The notes below the pieces were generated by a model, which saw nothing but the letters and a program-made list of their open reading frames with translations, had not been told where the DNA came from and ran no database searches. From Oligoflexales bacterium (GTDB lineage Bacteria; Bdellovibrionota_B; Oligoflexia; Oligoflexales; Bog-1112): a DNA stretch of 64,000 nucleotides. Positions 41,795-52,279 of this stretch are shown one piece after another. Each line of letters begins with the position of its first letter. Position 1 is the first letter of the stretch. The stretch covers positions 1-64,000 of the forward strand of contig JBGCEP010000028.1 of assembly GCA_045106415.1 (NCBI GenBank). The letters run 5' to 3'. The translations under genes and the position numbers were made by a program.

Positions 41795-42445
41795 TTATTC
41801 AAAAGAACAGACACCAAGTCCTTTTTGAAAATTTGAGCGATTCATCATTTTGTCCATCCATTTTTGAACATGATAAAAACCGTCAAGGTTCAAAGTCGTT
41901 GATGCTTGATAAAAATCATCCAAACAAATAACCCATGGGGCTATAGCAAAATCTGCGATAGAAACACTTTCCACAATATAGCTCGATTGTGACAACCTCT
42001 TATCTAAAACGCCAAGGATCCGAACAACTTCGTTAGTATACCTCTCAACAGGATATGGGTGATCACATTTTTGTGTCGCATATTTATAAAAATGTCCAAA
42101 CTGGCCAAACATCGGCCCTACACTGCCCATTTGAAAAAAGAGCCATTGAATGGTTTCACTTTTTTGTATGGGGTCTTCGGATAAAAACAAACCGGTTTTC
42201 TCTGCAAGATAAAGCAAAATAGCACCAGACTCCATAAGCGTTATCGATTGGCCTTTAGGACCACTTGGATCAACAATAACTGGTATTTTAGAGTTTGGAT
42301 TCATTTGTATAAAAGATTTTGTGAATTGTTCATTTTTAGTAATATCAACCGTGTGAGCTTCGTATTCAAGCTCCATCTCTTCGAGTGCAATAGAAACTTT
42401 TTGACCATTTGGTGTTGCTAGAGAATAGAGTTGGATTTTTTTCAT
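41795..42445 (-). CDS. Glutathione S-transferase (YfcG/YghU-like)
   Basis: TPNGQK, NPNSKIP, ESGAILLYLAEK, WLFFQM...GP. Confidence 0.92.
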   Translation of the reverse strand: MKKIQLYSLATPNGQKVSIALEEMELEYEAHTVDITKNEQFTKSFIQMNPNSKIPVIVDPSGPKGQSITLMESGAILLYLAEKTGLFLSEDPIQKSETIQWLFFQMGSVGPMFGQFGHFYKYATQKCDHPYPVERYTNEVVRILGVLDKRLSQSSYIVESVSIADFAIAPWVICLDDFYQASTTLNLDGFYHVQKWMDKMMNRSNFQKGLGVCSFE

Positions 42446-42601
42446 GCGTTAACCTCTTACATTCAATGTATTTATATTGTTAGCGATCTCACTTGGACAG
42501 TCAATTTTCAGTTAAACCACATCATTAAGATCGTAAATCCCTATTGCGATTCTATAGGAAGCATGGCAGTTTCCGATATGACGATAAGGCAAGGATCCCA
42601 C

Positions 42602-43438
42602 ATGACTGATCTTAAAAAACATAGCTCTCTTGGAAAAAATGTTACATATCATAGCGACAGCCCAAATACAGCTCTCCTTGTTGCTATCCCTCGCGCACAA
42701 AAAAGACATGATATGAATATTCCAACAGAACCGCTTCCATTTGGAGGGTTTGACATCTGGAACGCCTATGAATTCTCATGGCTCCGGCCGAACGGAAGAC
42801 CCGACGTTGGTATTTTAACAGTTCATGTCCCAGCGAGCTCTCCATGCCTCATAGAGTCAAAGTCTTTTAAGCTTTACTTAAACTCATTTAACCAGAGTAA
42901 GATCGATACACTTTCTTTAAAACAAAAGCTGATTGATGATCTTTCTCAATGCGCTCAAACTTCGGTTAAGGTTCAACTGCGGCACCCTCGAGATTACGAT
43001 GGTCATCACCTGATGACCCCTTGCGGGGTTAATCTTGACGAACTTGACCCTACTGGACCTTATACATACCAACCAGAGCCCTCACTCCTTCAAACCATCA
43101 AACCAACTGAATACGTGGAAGAGACATTAGTTTCTAGCCTTTTAAAATCAAACTGCCTGATCACTCATCAACCTGATTGGGCAGACATTCAGGTCTACTA
43201 TCAAGGAGCTAAGATTAACCACCAACAGCTTCTGCGATATTTCATTTCTTTTCGTATGAAAAATGAATTCCATGAACCATGTGTAGAAAAAATTTATATG
43301 GATATCTTAAGAACATGCCAGCCTACAAGGCTTCGTGTTACAGCACAATACACACGAAGAGGGGGCTTAGACATTAACCCCTCTCGTGCAAACTTTCTTT
43401 ATGAAGATAAAGCCTTCATAAGAACTCCGAGACAATAG
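42602..43438 (+). CDS. queF: NADPH-dependent preQ0 reductase (bimodular)
   Basis: DIWNAYE, IESKSFKLYLNSF, SNCLITHQPDW, EFHEPCVE, RRGGLDINP; start at ATG 42602. Confidence 0.93.
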   Translation: MTDLKKHSSLGKNVTYHSDSPNTALLVAIPRAQKRHDMNIPTEPLPFGGFDIWNAYEFSWLRPNGRPDVGILTVHVPASSPCLIESKSFKLYLNSFNQSKIDTLSLKQKLIDDLSQCAQTSVKVQLRHPRDYDGHHLMTPCGVNLDELDPTGPYTYQPEPSLLQTIKPTEYVEETLVSSLLKSNCLITHQPDWADIQVYYQGAKINHQQLLRYFISFRMKNEFHEPCVEKIYMDILRTCQPTRLRVTAQYTRRGGLDINPSRANFLYEDKAFIRTPRQ

Positions 43439-44598
43439 TGAATATTTCTGGCCTTTATATCCACATCCCTATTTGTAGCCGCATCTGTACCTATTGTGAC
43501 TTTGTAAAAACAGCACGATGGGGACAAGATCTTAATAGAGCATTTTTAAACTCTCTTCTCCGTCATATAAAGTTTTGGATAGAAAAGACTTCTTTTCAAA
43601 CACTCTCCTCTATTAATGTTGGAGGGGGAACCCCAAGCTTATGGGCAGAAGAGTATTTTGAAATTTTTGATCTTCTCAAAGACTTTATAACCCCTGAAAC
43701 TGAAGTCACACTCGAAGCAAACCCTATCAACATCAGCGAAGAACGTTTACAAATTTGGAAAGCATGCGGTTTTAACAGGATCTCCCTTGGTATTCAAACA
43801 TTTGAGCCCAAAGGCCTTAAACTCCTAGGTAGAGACCATTCCCCTCAGCAAGCTAAAGATGCTTTCCTTCAAACTCAAAATCTATTTCCACGAGCGAATT
43901 TAGATATGATTTATGGTTGGCCGACACAAACTCTTCAAGATTTAAGGCATGACTTGCAAAAAATCGAAGATTTAAATCCCTCGCATATCAGCCTTTATAA
44001 CCTCGAATACCCAAAAAAAACAGTCCTAGGACGACAACTCTCCCGAGGAAAAATCCGACCTCAAACCGAAACAGTACTCGAAGACATGTACACAATGATT
44101 TGTACAACGTTAAATCAAAGGTCGTACAATCATCATGAAGTTTCCAACTGGTCGCAACCTGGGGAGACTTGCCGACATAACATGCTTTATTGGGAAAACG
44201 GCTTCTGGATTGGTGTTGGCCCAGGAGCAGCAGGTTTACTTCCTCCCACAAAAGACTTTCCCTATGGAAACATGTACCAGTACAAAGACTCTATCCACAG
44301 TTTTATGAAAGAAGAACCCTCTTTCAACAACTTATGCATTGAAAAGGATAGAGATATGGACAGTTGGATTGCAGAAATTATTGGCCGAAGTCTTCGCACA
44401 AAAAATGGTGTTCCTTTAGAATACCTTCTGACAACAACACGTTCTACGTGGGAACCATCTTCTTCTGTACGGCACGCTCTCGAAACAAAGCAAGCCACTC
44501 TTCAAAAAGGTTTTCTTATTTTTGAAGAGCGGCAATGGCTACGAGAAACAGCTTGGTGTGTTGAAGTCATGAGTAGCTTACGCCACTCAAACTTTTAA
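43438..44598 (+). CDS. hemW: Radical SAM haem chaperone HemW/HemN-like
   Basis: LYIHIP.C...C.YCDF, GGGTPS, EANP, NRISLGIQ, EVSNW, HN..YW. Confidence 0.85.
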   Translation: MNISGLYIHIPICSRICTYCDFVKTARWGQDLNRAFLNSLLRHIKFWIEKTSFQTLSSINVGGGTPSLWAEEYFEIFDLLKDFITPETEVTLEANPINISEERLQIWKACGFNRISLGIQTFEPKGLKLLGRDHSPQQAKDAFLQTQNLFPRANLDMIYGWPTQTLQDLRHDLQKIEDLNPSHISLYNLEYPKKTVLGRQLSRGKIRPQTETVLEDMYTMICTTLNQRSYNHHEVSNWSQPGETCRHNMLYWENGFWIGVGPGAAGLLPPTKDFPYGNMYQYKDSIHSFMKEEPSFNNLCIEKDRDMDSWIAEIIGRSLRTKNGVPLEYLLTTTRSTWEPSSSVRHALETKQATLQKGFLIFEERQWLRETAWCVEVMSSLRHSNF

Positions 44599-47259
44599 GA
44601 CTTGCTCTATTAAGGTTTCCGCACTCTTGCGTACAGCTGCTGCAAGATCTGGACGCTTTGAGCCTGCTTGAGCACGATCAGGTCGGCCCCCTCCTTTACC
44701 TTCTGCAGCTTGAGCTAATTGCTTCATAAGAGTGCCAGCACCAAGCTTTTCTCTTACTCTCGCACCGACAGCTGCAAAAATCATCAGATCAGAATTATCT
44801 GCACATATCATCACAACAATTTCTTGATCAAGCCGAGCCGCAAGGTCCTGGTTGATACGAGACAAGGACTGTTTAGAAAACTTTTTAGAATCGAGTTCAA
44901 CAATCGAATAAGACTGATGACCTTCGCACACCACTCTCTGACTATCTAACTGCTTTTGAAGATCCAACAACAGTTGATTTTCACGTAACGCATTAAGCTC
45001 TTTTTCTGTTTGACGAGCTGTTTTCACAACAGACTCTACTTTTTCACAAACACCTTGAGAGCTCACTTTTAAAGAACGAGCTAAAGTTTGTACGATATCT
45101 GCGTCTTCACGACCGCATATCACAGCAGAAATTCCCGTAAGAGCCTCTAAGCGTCTCACTCCAGAAGCAATTGAAGACTCTGCAACAACTTTAAAATATC
45201 CAATCTCACCTGTTGCTAAAGCGTGAGTTCCACCACAGAGTTCACGAGAAGGACCCATCGTCAGCACTCGAACAGTGTCGCCGTATTTTTCACCAAATAA
45301 AGCCGTTGCGCCGCTGTTTTTTGCTTCATCAAAACACATAACCTCCGTCTGCACAGAAGAGTTTTGATGAATCATTTCATTCACACGCAATTCAACCGCT
45401 TTAATTTCCTCTACAGACAAGCCTTGATGATGAGTAAAATCAAATCTTAAACGATCAGGTCCAACATAAGAACCTTGCTGTGCGACATGTTGTCCTAAAG
45501 TCTCTCTTAATGCTTCATGAAGTAAATGTGTCGCAGAGTGATTTCTTCGTGTCTTAAGTCGAGATTCTTCATCAACCTTCATAGACAGGCTTTTGAGAGA
45601 TGAGTCCTGAACCAGTCCTTTAACAAGAGAACAGCGGTGAACATGCATATCAAATACACGAAACGTATCAACAACCTTGAGCTCTAGATCTTGACCTGTG
45701 ATCACGCCGTGATCACCTATTTGCCCACCTGCTTCTGCATAAAAAGAAGTTTTATCAACCACAAGATCAAGGTAATCTCCCTCTTCTCGATAACGTAAAG
45801 CAGCCGCTTCATCCACTATCAAAGATTCATAGCCAACAAACCCTGTCGACTTAGAAGAATTGATCACATTCCAGCTTTCATCACTTCCTAAAGAAGCATC
45901 AAAGCGAGAGGCTTTTCGAGCTCGATCTTTTTGCTCTGCCATTGCAGCATCAAAACCATCTTCGTCTATACCAAGACCGTGTTCAGCTGCGATCAAACGC
46001 GTTAAATCACGCGGAAAACCATATGTATCGTGAAACAAAAAAGCATCTGCACCTGCGACTTCACTCTTCTTTTTTTCTTTAAGCGCTACCACTAAAGATT
46101 CTAAACGATTTAAGCCTGTCTCCAGCGTTTTTAAAAAACGACGCTCTTCAGACTCAATCACTTGCGCAATATAGTTTTCTCTTTCTCTGAGCTCCGGATA
46201 AGCATCACCCATCTTGGAAACAAGCGCTGGAACCAATAAATAAATAAACGGTTGTTTTTGTCCGAGCTGGTGAGCATATCGAATGGCACGACGTAAAATA
46301 CGCCTCACCACATAACCACGGCCTTCGTTCCCAGGTGTCACACCATCAGCGATAGCAAATGAAACCGCTCTTAAATGATCAACCACAACTCGGTGAGCCA
46401 TGCCCTCATCGCTTGGGTTATAGGCATGACCACTCCGTTCTACAACTTCATGGATCAAAGGCTTTAAAAGATCAGTCTCATAGTTAGAAGACACACCTTG
46501 TAAAATTGCACAAATTCTCTCTAGACCTGCCCCTGTATCCACATGGGTTGCGCTCAAAGCCTCTAAATCTCCACTTTTCAACCTTTGATACTGCATGAAA
46601 ACCAAGTTCCAAATTTCAACGTATCGGGTGTTTTCGCCGTTCACACCCTCAACCAGATCACTATATGTTTGTTCCCGAGTCGACACATCACCAGTATCAA
46701 AGTGAATTTCAGAGCACGGCCCACAAGGACCAACTTGACCCATTTCCCAAAAATTTTCTTTTTTACCAAACTTCATGACATTTTTAGGTTGAATATCAGT
46801 CAGCTCAAGCCATAGATCATAAGCTTCTTGGTCATCTTCATAGACTGTTGCAAAAAGCCTGTCTTTTGGTAACTTCCAAACAACAGTTAAAAGTTCCCAA
46901 GCCCATGAAATAGCCTCTTTCTTATAATAATCACCAAAAGACCATGTCCCCAACATCTCAAAAAACGTATGATGAGTGCCATCCAGACCTACTTCATCCA
47001 AGTCGTTATGTTTCCCAGAAACTCTCAATACTTTTTGCGAGTTCGTTGCTCTTTTCAAACCACGACTTTGATCACCTAAAAAAATCGATTTAAATTGATT
47101 CATTCCGGCATTCGTAAACAATAAAGTGGGGTCATCAGTAGGAGCAACACTCGAAGATCGAACAAAACTATGTTGTCGAGCTTGAAAAAAATCTAAAAAA
47201 GACTGACGAACTTGCTCTGAAGATAAAGGCTCTAAGCCATATGGGTGCTCACGGCTCAT
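44587..47259 (-). CDS. alaS: Alanine--tRNA ligase
   Basis: DPTLLFTNAGMNQFK, HHTFFEMLG, GPCGPCSEI, NHSATHLLH, ELCGGTH, GGG..D.AQAG. Confidence 0.98.
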   Translation of the reverse strand: MSREHPYGLEPLSSEQVRQSFLDFFQARQHSFVRSSSVAPTDDPTLLFTNAGMNQFKSIFLGDQSRGLKRATNSQKVLRVSGKHNDLDEVGLDGTHHTFFEMLGTWSFGDYYKKEAISWAWELLTVVWKLPKDRLFATVYEDDQEAYDLWLELTDIQPKNVMKFGKKENFWEMGQVGPCGPCSEIHFDTGDVSTREQTYSDLVEGVNGENTRYVEIWNLVFMQYQRLKSGDLEALSATHVDTGAGLERICAILQGVSSNYETDLLKPLIHEVVERSGHAYNPSDEGMAHRVVVDHLRAVSFAIADGVTPGNEGRGYVVRRILRRAIRYAHQLGQKQPFIYLLVPALVSKMGDAYPELRERENYIAQVIESEERRFLKTLETGLNRLESLVVALKEKKKSEVAGADAFLFHDTYGFPRDLTRLIAAEHGLGIDEDGFDAAMAEQKDRARKASRFDASLGSDESWNVINSSKSTGFVGYESLIVDEAAALRYREEGDYLDLVVDKTSFYAEAGGQIGDHGVITGQDLELKVVDTFRVFDMHVHRCSLVKGLVQDSSLKSLSMKVDEESRLKTRRNHSATHLLHEALRETLGQHVAQQGSYVGPDRLRFDFTHHQGLSVEEIKAVELRVNEMIHQNSSVQTEVMCFDEAKNSGATALFGEKYGDTVRVLTMGPSRELCGGTHALATGEIGYFKVVAESSIASGVRRLEALTGISAVICGREDADIVQTLARSLKVSSQGVCEKVESVVKTARQTEKELNALRENQLLLDLQKQLDSQRVVCEGHQSYSIVELDSKKFSKQSLSRINQDLAARLDQEIVVMICADNSDLMIFAAVGARVREKLGAGTLMKQLAQAAEGKGGGRPDRAQAGSKRPDLAAAVRKSAETLIEQVLKV

Positions 47260-47285
47260 GGTTTTCTCTCTATAAAGTTAGCGCA

Positions 47286-48371
47286 TTAAGGCAAAAAAAC
47301 ATCTTGTGTTTCTTGTCCAAAGCTCAACCGCCACGGTTGGCCGGCATATCTTACCTTTACAGGGACATCAAAACCACCACCAAAAATGGGGTCAGGCCAA
47401 GAAAGACCAACAGAGCTTAAGCAACCTTGCACCCAGCGACCTGTCAAAACTCGATATTGTGCCACAGGCGTCTGTATCACAATGTGATCACAAATTTGAT
47501 CGTAACCTTGCCGCGCTAAAAATTTAACCTTTGTATTCTTCCCATACCAACTCAAATCTTGCTCAAAGTCACCAGCAAATTTTGATTCCTCATGGACATG
47601 AACCTGTAAAAAACGCTGCTGAATCTCACCATTTTTATATTCATTGCAGTAATACAATTTAAACCGAGCTGTTCCTGCAGTAATATTCCTCACTCCTCGT
47701 TCTGCTTTTTCATGGCAATCCCCAGCTTGGGCCCAACTCCCTCTTTTCAGCTCACCGACCAATGGCAAATTCTTTTTCTGCCCCAAAGAGTCGTAAACTG
47801 TAAATGACGAAATAAGTCTTCCATTTAAGATTTCCGCTTTACCAACTATAAAATGTTGGTCAGGAAGACTTGCTTGGATATGAAAATTTAAACGACGACC
47901 TTGAACAAAACTCAAGACACCTTTTTGTTGAATTCTAGATTTCACAATTTGATTAAGATTTTTTTTTCTTTCTCTCACAATCTTTGCTTTTCCTACAGGA
48001 TCTGCAACAACTTCAATCAATTGATCTGAAATTCTTTTATCTCTAATCAGCATTTTTCGAACGTGAGTAGGAACTCCTTCATTCTGATAGCAGATCATCA
48101 ATTGAATCGTTTGATGCACAGATGCTTGGACAAGATGGTGAGACTGGCTAAATCCTTGCGGAGTCATTAAGCTATAGACAAGAGGTTTCACTCCCGGACC
48201 ACAGAGTTGCGTTGTTTTTCTTGATTCGGCAAGAATGTCTCGCCGCACAGCCTTAAAACCAAGCTCAACATACTTTCGGTTTTCCACACACCAAAAACCA
48301 AAAACAACAATCATGACATAAAGCATGAATTTAGTGATAGAATTCAACAAAACCTCTTTGACACCGCACAA
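47286..48371 (-). CDS. Hypothetical membrane-anchored or exported protein (start may be about 48327)
   Basis: 361-aa ORF with an N-terminal hydrophobic segment. Confidence 0.55.
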   Translation of the reverse strand: MCGVKEVLLNSITKFMLYVMIVVFGFWCVENRKYVELGFKAVRRDILAESRKTTQLCGPGVKPLVYSLMTPQGFSQSHHLVQASVHQTIQLMICYQNEGVPTHVRKMLIRDKRISDQLIEVVADPVGKAKIVRERKKNLNQIVKSRIQQKGVLSFVQGRRLNFHIQASLPDQHFIVGKAEILNGRLISSFTVYDSLGQKKNLPLVGELKRGSWAQAGDCHEKAERGVRNITAGTARFKLYYCNEYKNGEIQQRFLQVHVHEESKFAGDFEQDLSWYGKNTKVKFLARQGYDQICDHIVIQTPVAQYRVLTGRWVQGCLSSVGLSWPDPIFGGGFDVPVKVRYAGQPWRLSFGQETQDVFLP

Positions 48372-48396
48372 TCCCTATCGGACAAACTCCCAAACG

Positions 48397-48488
48397 CGTG
48401 ACAAAAAGACTTGCTATATTATTAAAAAAAAGTAAAATTTCCTCGAATTTTTAAGGGGATCTCCGTGACAAAAAGACTTGCTATATTA
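48397..48488 (+). repeat. Perfect 25-bp direct repeat, two copies, 42-bp spacer
   Basis: CGTGACAAAAAGACTTGCTATATTA at 48397-48421 and 48464-48488. Confidence 0.9.
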
Positions 48489-49262
48489 ACGTTCTTCACT
48501 TTCATTTCAACTTCTCAAGCGAGTTCTCTTGTCTGTTTTACAGCTGAAGAAAAGAAACAAGAAGCTTCAGCACATATCATTGCTCAGGCAACTGTACTGC
48601 ACGACGGCTTAAGGACATCCTTTCCAACGCAAAATCAAATACTTATAATGAATGCAAGTCTCCCCAAAAAGTCTCCATGGAAACTGTGCTTTGCATCAAG
48701 CACTCCTCTTTTTCATACAGACATCAATGACATTCTAAGAGTGGAAGAAGTCCGCAAAGCTCTATCCAATAAAGAGGTTGACCACATCAGCCTTCAGAAC
48801 AACAACACGGATATCACGCTCAACTGGAGTGACTCTCTTCAACCGACGACACAATCACTTGACCCTCTTGTCAGCATCCATCCTTTTGGCAAGATCAAAC
48901 ATGCTGTTTGGTCATACTCACGAGCTTCAAACCATATAGATTCTGTTCTCACCTGCACTATGAATGATGGCCGCAATATATCCCACAATTTTCACCAATC
49001 CGATTTACCAGACTACGCTACTGCACCAGAGACAGGGATTCTCTCAATTAGAGCTCAAAACCTTTCTCTAGAGCAGCTTCTTCGTACCATACAGCACCCA
49101 GGCGTCTTAAATCGCCGCTATCAAAGACAACGATTTTCAATCACTCAAATCGCTTCACCTCTTATCACCGGTTCTTTCATATGGATGAACACACGCTCAC
49201 CTTCTTCCGTTGAAGATCTAAATTTTAAGATTGATGTCGACCTAAAGCTTCCGCTCTCATAG
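48465..49262 (+). CDS. Hypothetical secreted protein
   Basis: AAGGGGA SD, GTG start, signal peptide ending SQA. Confidence 0.6.
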   Translation: MTKRLAILTFFTFISTSQASSLVCFTAEEKKQEASAHIIAQATVLHDGLRTSFPTQNQILIMNASLPKKSPWKLCFASSTPLFHTDINDILRVEEVRKALSNKEVDHISLQNNNTDITLNWSDSLQPTTQSLDPLVSIHPFGKIKHAVWSYSRASNHIDSVLTCTMNDGRNISHNFHQSDLPDYATAPETGILSIRAQNLSLEQLLRTIQHPGVLNRRYQRQRFSITQIASPLITGSFIWMNTRSPSSVEDLNFKIDVDLKLPLS

Positions 49263-49299
49263 GCCTTCAAGACTTATCTACCACGATGGATAAGTTTTT

Positions 49300-50274
49300 C
49301 TATAAGCTCAGAGACCGAGTCAACGCTAAGCGTGAAGAAGCCACCACATCCTCAACACTTGCTCCTCGTGACAGATCTGTATAAGGCTTCTTAAGCCCTA
49401 GTAAAATTGGTCCCCAAGCTTTATAGCCAGCTAATCTTTCCATAAGTTTGTACGCAATATTACCTGAATTTAGATCAGGAAAAATAAGAATATTAGCATC
49501 CCCTCCAATGGGACTCTCTGGTGATTTATGAGATGCCACACTTGGAACTAAGGCTGCATCTACTTGAATTTCTCCATCGACTGCAATTTCTGGATGGCGT
49601 TTTTTAAACATTTCAACGGCAGACCTTATTCTTTGAAGACTTTTATGCTCTGATGAAGCATGTGTCGAAAAAGACAAGAAAGCTACTTTCGGTACCCCTA
49701 AGCTCAGTTCATAGTGCAGCTCTACAGCGTTCACAGCGATATCGACAAGTTCACTCTCTTTTGGTTCGACTACCACACCACAATCAGCAAACAACATGTT
49801 TTTTTTCATTGGGCTTTGCATTAAAAACGCACTTGAAAGTGTTTGTATTCCATTTTTTAACCCAGGTGCTTTTAAAGCAGCTCGAATCACACTAGAAGTT
49901 GTCGACTGAATCCCAGCAACAACAGCCTGAACCTTTTGTTCACTTAAAAAGCACCCAGCCTGATAGAGTGGGTCTCTAGCGAACTCTTTACACCAGACCT
50001 CTCCTTTCTTACCTCCCCAGCACCTCAAAAGAAAATCTTCTGTCATATTAACAATTTCACTGTCATTTGAATCAATATGAATCACGCGTGAGTCTTTCCG
50101 GTTTGGTTTCCCCCAATAAAAAACTTCTCTCACCTCCCCAGAATCTATCATTCTATAGGACGCTTCTTGAATACGAACATCTTGACCTTCTGGAAAAGCT
50201 AAAGACTGCGGCGATTCCAAACAACATTTTTCCCAGTGTTTCTCTAAATCTTTCACCAACCCTCCAAAATACAC
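49300..50274 (-). CDS. pta: Phosphate acetyl/butyryltransferase
   Basis: FPEG.D.R, FADCGV, LSFST, DGEIQVDAAL, FPDLNSGNIAYK, DLSRG. Confidence 0.9.
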   Translation of the reverse strand: MYFGGLVKDLEKHWEKCCLESPQSLAFPEGQDVRIQEASYRMIDSGEVREVFYWGKPNRKDSRVIHIDSNDSEIVNMTEDFLLRCWGGKKGEVWCKEFARDPLYQAGCFLSEQKVQAVVAGIQSTTSSVIRAALKAPGLKNGIQTLSSAFLMQSPMKKNMLFADCGVVVEPKESELVDIAVNAVELHYELSLGVPKVAFLSFSTHASSEHKSLQRIRSAVEMFKKRHPEIAVDGEIQVDAALVPSVASHKSPESPIGGDANILIFPDLNSGNIAYKLMERLAGYKAWGPILLGLKKPYTDLSRGASVEDVVASSRLALTRSLSL

Positions 50275-50434
50275 AGCTCATCAAAGATACAAACATGCTG
50301 ATGATCATCTCTTTAAAGGTATATATAAACCTGACACATCAAGGGTTAGCATGACACACTCCGCACCTGCCTACAAGTTAAGCAATTCGCTTAACATATT
50401 AAATTAAAAGGATTAAGTGACGACTCATCGTGAG

Positions 50435-50457
50435 TTATCCACAAGGTCTGTGGATTG
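50435..50457. promoter_or_regulatory. Perfect DnaA box plus inverted degenerate box
   Basis: TTATCCACA at 50435-50443; TGTGGATTG at 50449-50457. Confidence 0.45.
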
Positions 50458-50527
50458 TCTCTTCAATGAAATAAATATTCATCCGACAACTATGCTTAGT
50501 GATGTTTCCATGCATATAGGATATTGC

Positions 50528-52279
50528 ATGATATGTTTTTTGGTTCAAGATAAAGCTCTACGTCAACAGCTGAGAAAGCTGTTCAAAGAGCAGATAAAGT
50601 CTGATACGGCTTGCTTCTTGGATCCAACACGTATTAGCTCCCTATCGAAGCTCTACGAAAAAAATCATTCATTGCGAGCCTTGGTTACAACGACTGAGGT
50701 CTCTTTTCTTCCGAACGATGGATGGGTTGACATGTTGGCTGCGTTAAACAAGAAGATTCCTGTCATTTTGTTGTCAAATGGTGAACCATATACTAAGTTA
50801 AAATCGACACTCGCGAGTTTTGCAGCATTTCTACGTTCTCCGACAGCAGAAGACATTTTGCAAGAATTAAGGCGTTGTGGGATAACAACACGCAAAGATA
50901 ATAATTTTACGCAAGATGAAATCCCTGAGTTAAACCTTAATATCCCAGCAAAAATGCTTGAAGGCAGCCACTCTCTAAGTGTTTTAGCTATAGATACCAG
51001 TCGTTTCAGAGAAATGGCGACAAAGTATGGATCTAATGTCTATAAAGAGTTTCAAGCAGGTTTTCAGAAAATTTTATTTGATTTGTGGGGGACTCAAGGA
51101 AATTTCCGCTCTAAAGACATGCTATTTCGTCATTCTTCTAATCTTAATCTCTACTTTGTTATTCTTGAACAGCCTCGCTCCACATTACTTCCAAGTCCAC
51201 GTAGTTTAGAGACTCTTTCCGATAGACTTCATCGCAGACTCTACAACGCCCTTATTGGTGATATGATGAAGCCTACCGCTACAAGAGTGACTCCAAGCTG
51301 CGTCAGTTCTGTGTTTGATTTTTCTGTAGGTTACTCCACCTTGCTTTTTAACCCTTGTATTGACTCTGTCGAAGCTGTGAACACTCTTTTTGAAGAAAGC
51401 AGAGAGATGGCATCTTCACAACAAAAGAGGTTTCACTCTCGCAAAAAAGAATATATGCAGAGCCTTATTCTAGCATCAGATTTTTTAATCCCACATTACC
51501 AGGCTGTTTTTGACATTCGAGACATCAACATCAAAGACATTGACCCTAAGTCTGCGATAACAGATTTAGGATCTAAAATATTTGGTTTTGAATCTTTAAT
51601 TCGAGTGAACCCTAATTATGTCAATATCGATTCATATCATGAAAACGACACCTTTGAAGTTCAGCCTAAGTTTCTTAAGCCAGATATTCTTTTTAATTTA
51701 GCGACGTCCACAGACTTATCAATAGATCTGGATCAAAAGTGTTTAAGACAAGCAACAGAGTATTTTTCTGAGCTTCCTGGAAAACTGTTCGTCAATATTC
51801 TTCCAAGAAATTTTTACTTTCTTGATAAACTTCAATTAGCTCTTCCTGATCATGTCAAACTCGTCTTCGAAGTTTCAGAGAGTGAAGCTATTGATAATTT
51901 TGATCTTTTAGTTAAGATTAGAGATCATATTCGTGAGCTTGGATATCAAATCGCAATTGATGATTTTGGTAAAGGCTATTCAGGTTTAGAGCGTATTATT
52001 CATATCCAACCAGATATTATTAAACTGGATAGACACCTCATAACCAATATTCATAGCAATACAACAAAACAATCACTTGTACGTGGTATTGTCGAAGCAG
52101 CCTCTTTAAGCCAATCCACTGTATTAGCTGAAGGGGTTGAAACCATCCAAGAACTCGAAGTCATTAAAAAAATGGGTATTCCTTACATTCAAGGTTTTTT
52201 GATGCATCGCCCCAGCTCTTATGAAAGTATTCAAGAAGAACTCCAACTTGAAAAGTCAAAACTCCATGAAAGCGCATAA
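50528..52279 (+). CDS. EAL c-di-GMP phosphodiesterase with degenerate REC and GGDEF-like domains
   Basis: FESLIR, VNI, EVSE, DDFGKGYS, IKLDR, AEGVE, QGF; AGGA SD before ATG 50528. Confidence 0.85.
   Translation: MICFLVQDKALRQQLRKLFKEQIKSDTACFLDPTRISSLSKLYEKNHSLRALVTTTEVSFLPNDGWVDMLAALNKKIPVILLSNGEPYTKLKSTLASFAAFLRSPTAEDILQELRRCGITTRKDNNFTQDEIPELNLNIPAKMLEGSHSLSVLAIDTSRFREMATKYGSNVYKEFQAGFQKILFDLWGTQGNFRSKDMLFRHSSNLNLYFVILEQPRSTLLPSPRSLETLSDRLHRRLYNALIGDMMKPTATRVTPSCVSSVFDFSVGYSTLLFNPCIDSVEAVNTLFEESREMASSQQKRFHSRKKEYMQSLILASDFLIPHYQAVFDIRDINIKDIDPKSAITDLGSKIFGFESLIRVNPNYVNIDSYHENDTFEVQPKFLKPDILFNLATSTDLSIDLDQKCLRQATEYFSELPGKLFVNILPRNFYFLDKLQLALPDHVKLVFEVSESEAIDNFDLLVKIRDHIRELGYQIAIDDFGKGYSGLERIIHIQPDIIKLDRHLITNIHSNTTKQSLVRGIVEAASLSQSTVLAEGVETIQELEVIKKMGIPYIQGFLMHRPSSYESIQEELQLEKSKLHESA

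Noticed and set aside
42446..42601. preQ1 riboswitch upstream of queF
   Set aside because: No recognisable preQ1-I stem-loop with A-rich tail; the 57-aa N-terminal extension in the ORF track is also unsupported
48397..48488. Possible mini-CRISPR (25-bp repeat, 42-bp spacer)
   Set aside because: Only two copies, not palindromic, one copy is a gene start, and there are no cas genes in the window
50400..50530. Replication origin
   Set aside because: Only one perfect DnaA box, no dnaA/dnaN/gidA context, and no visible skew switch
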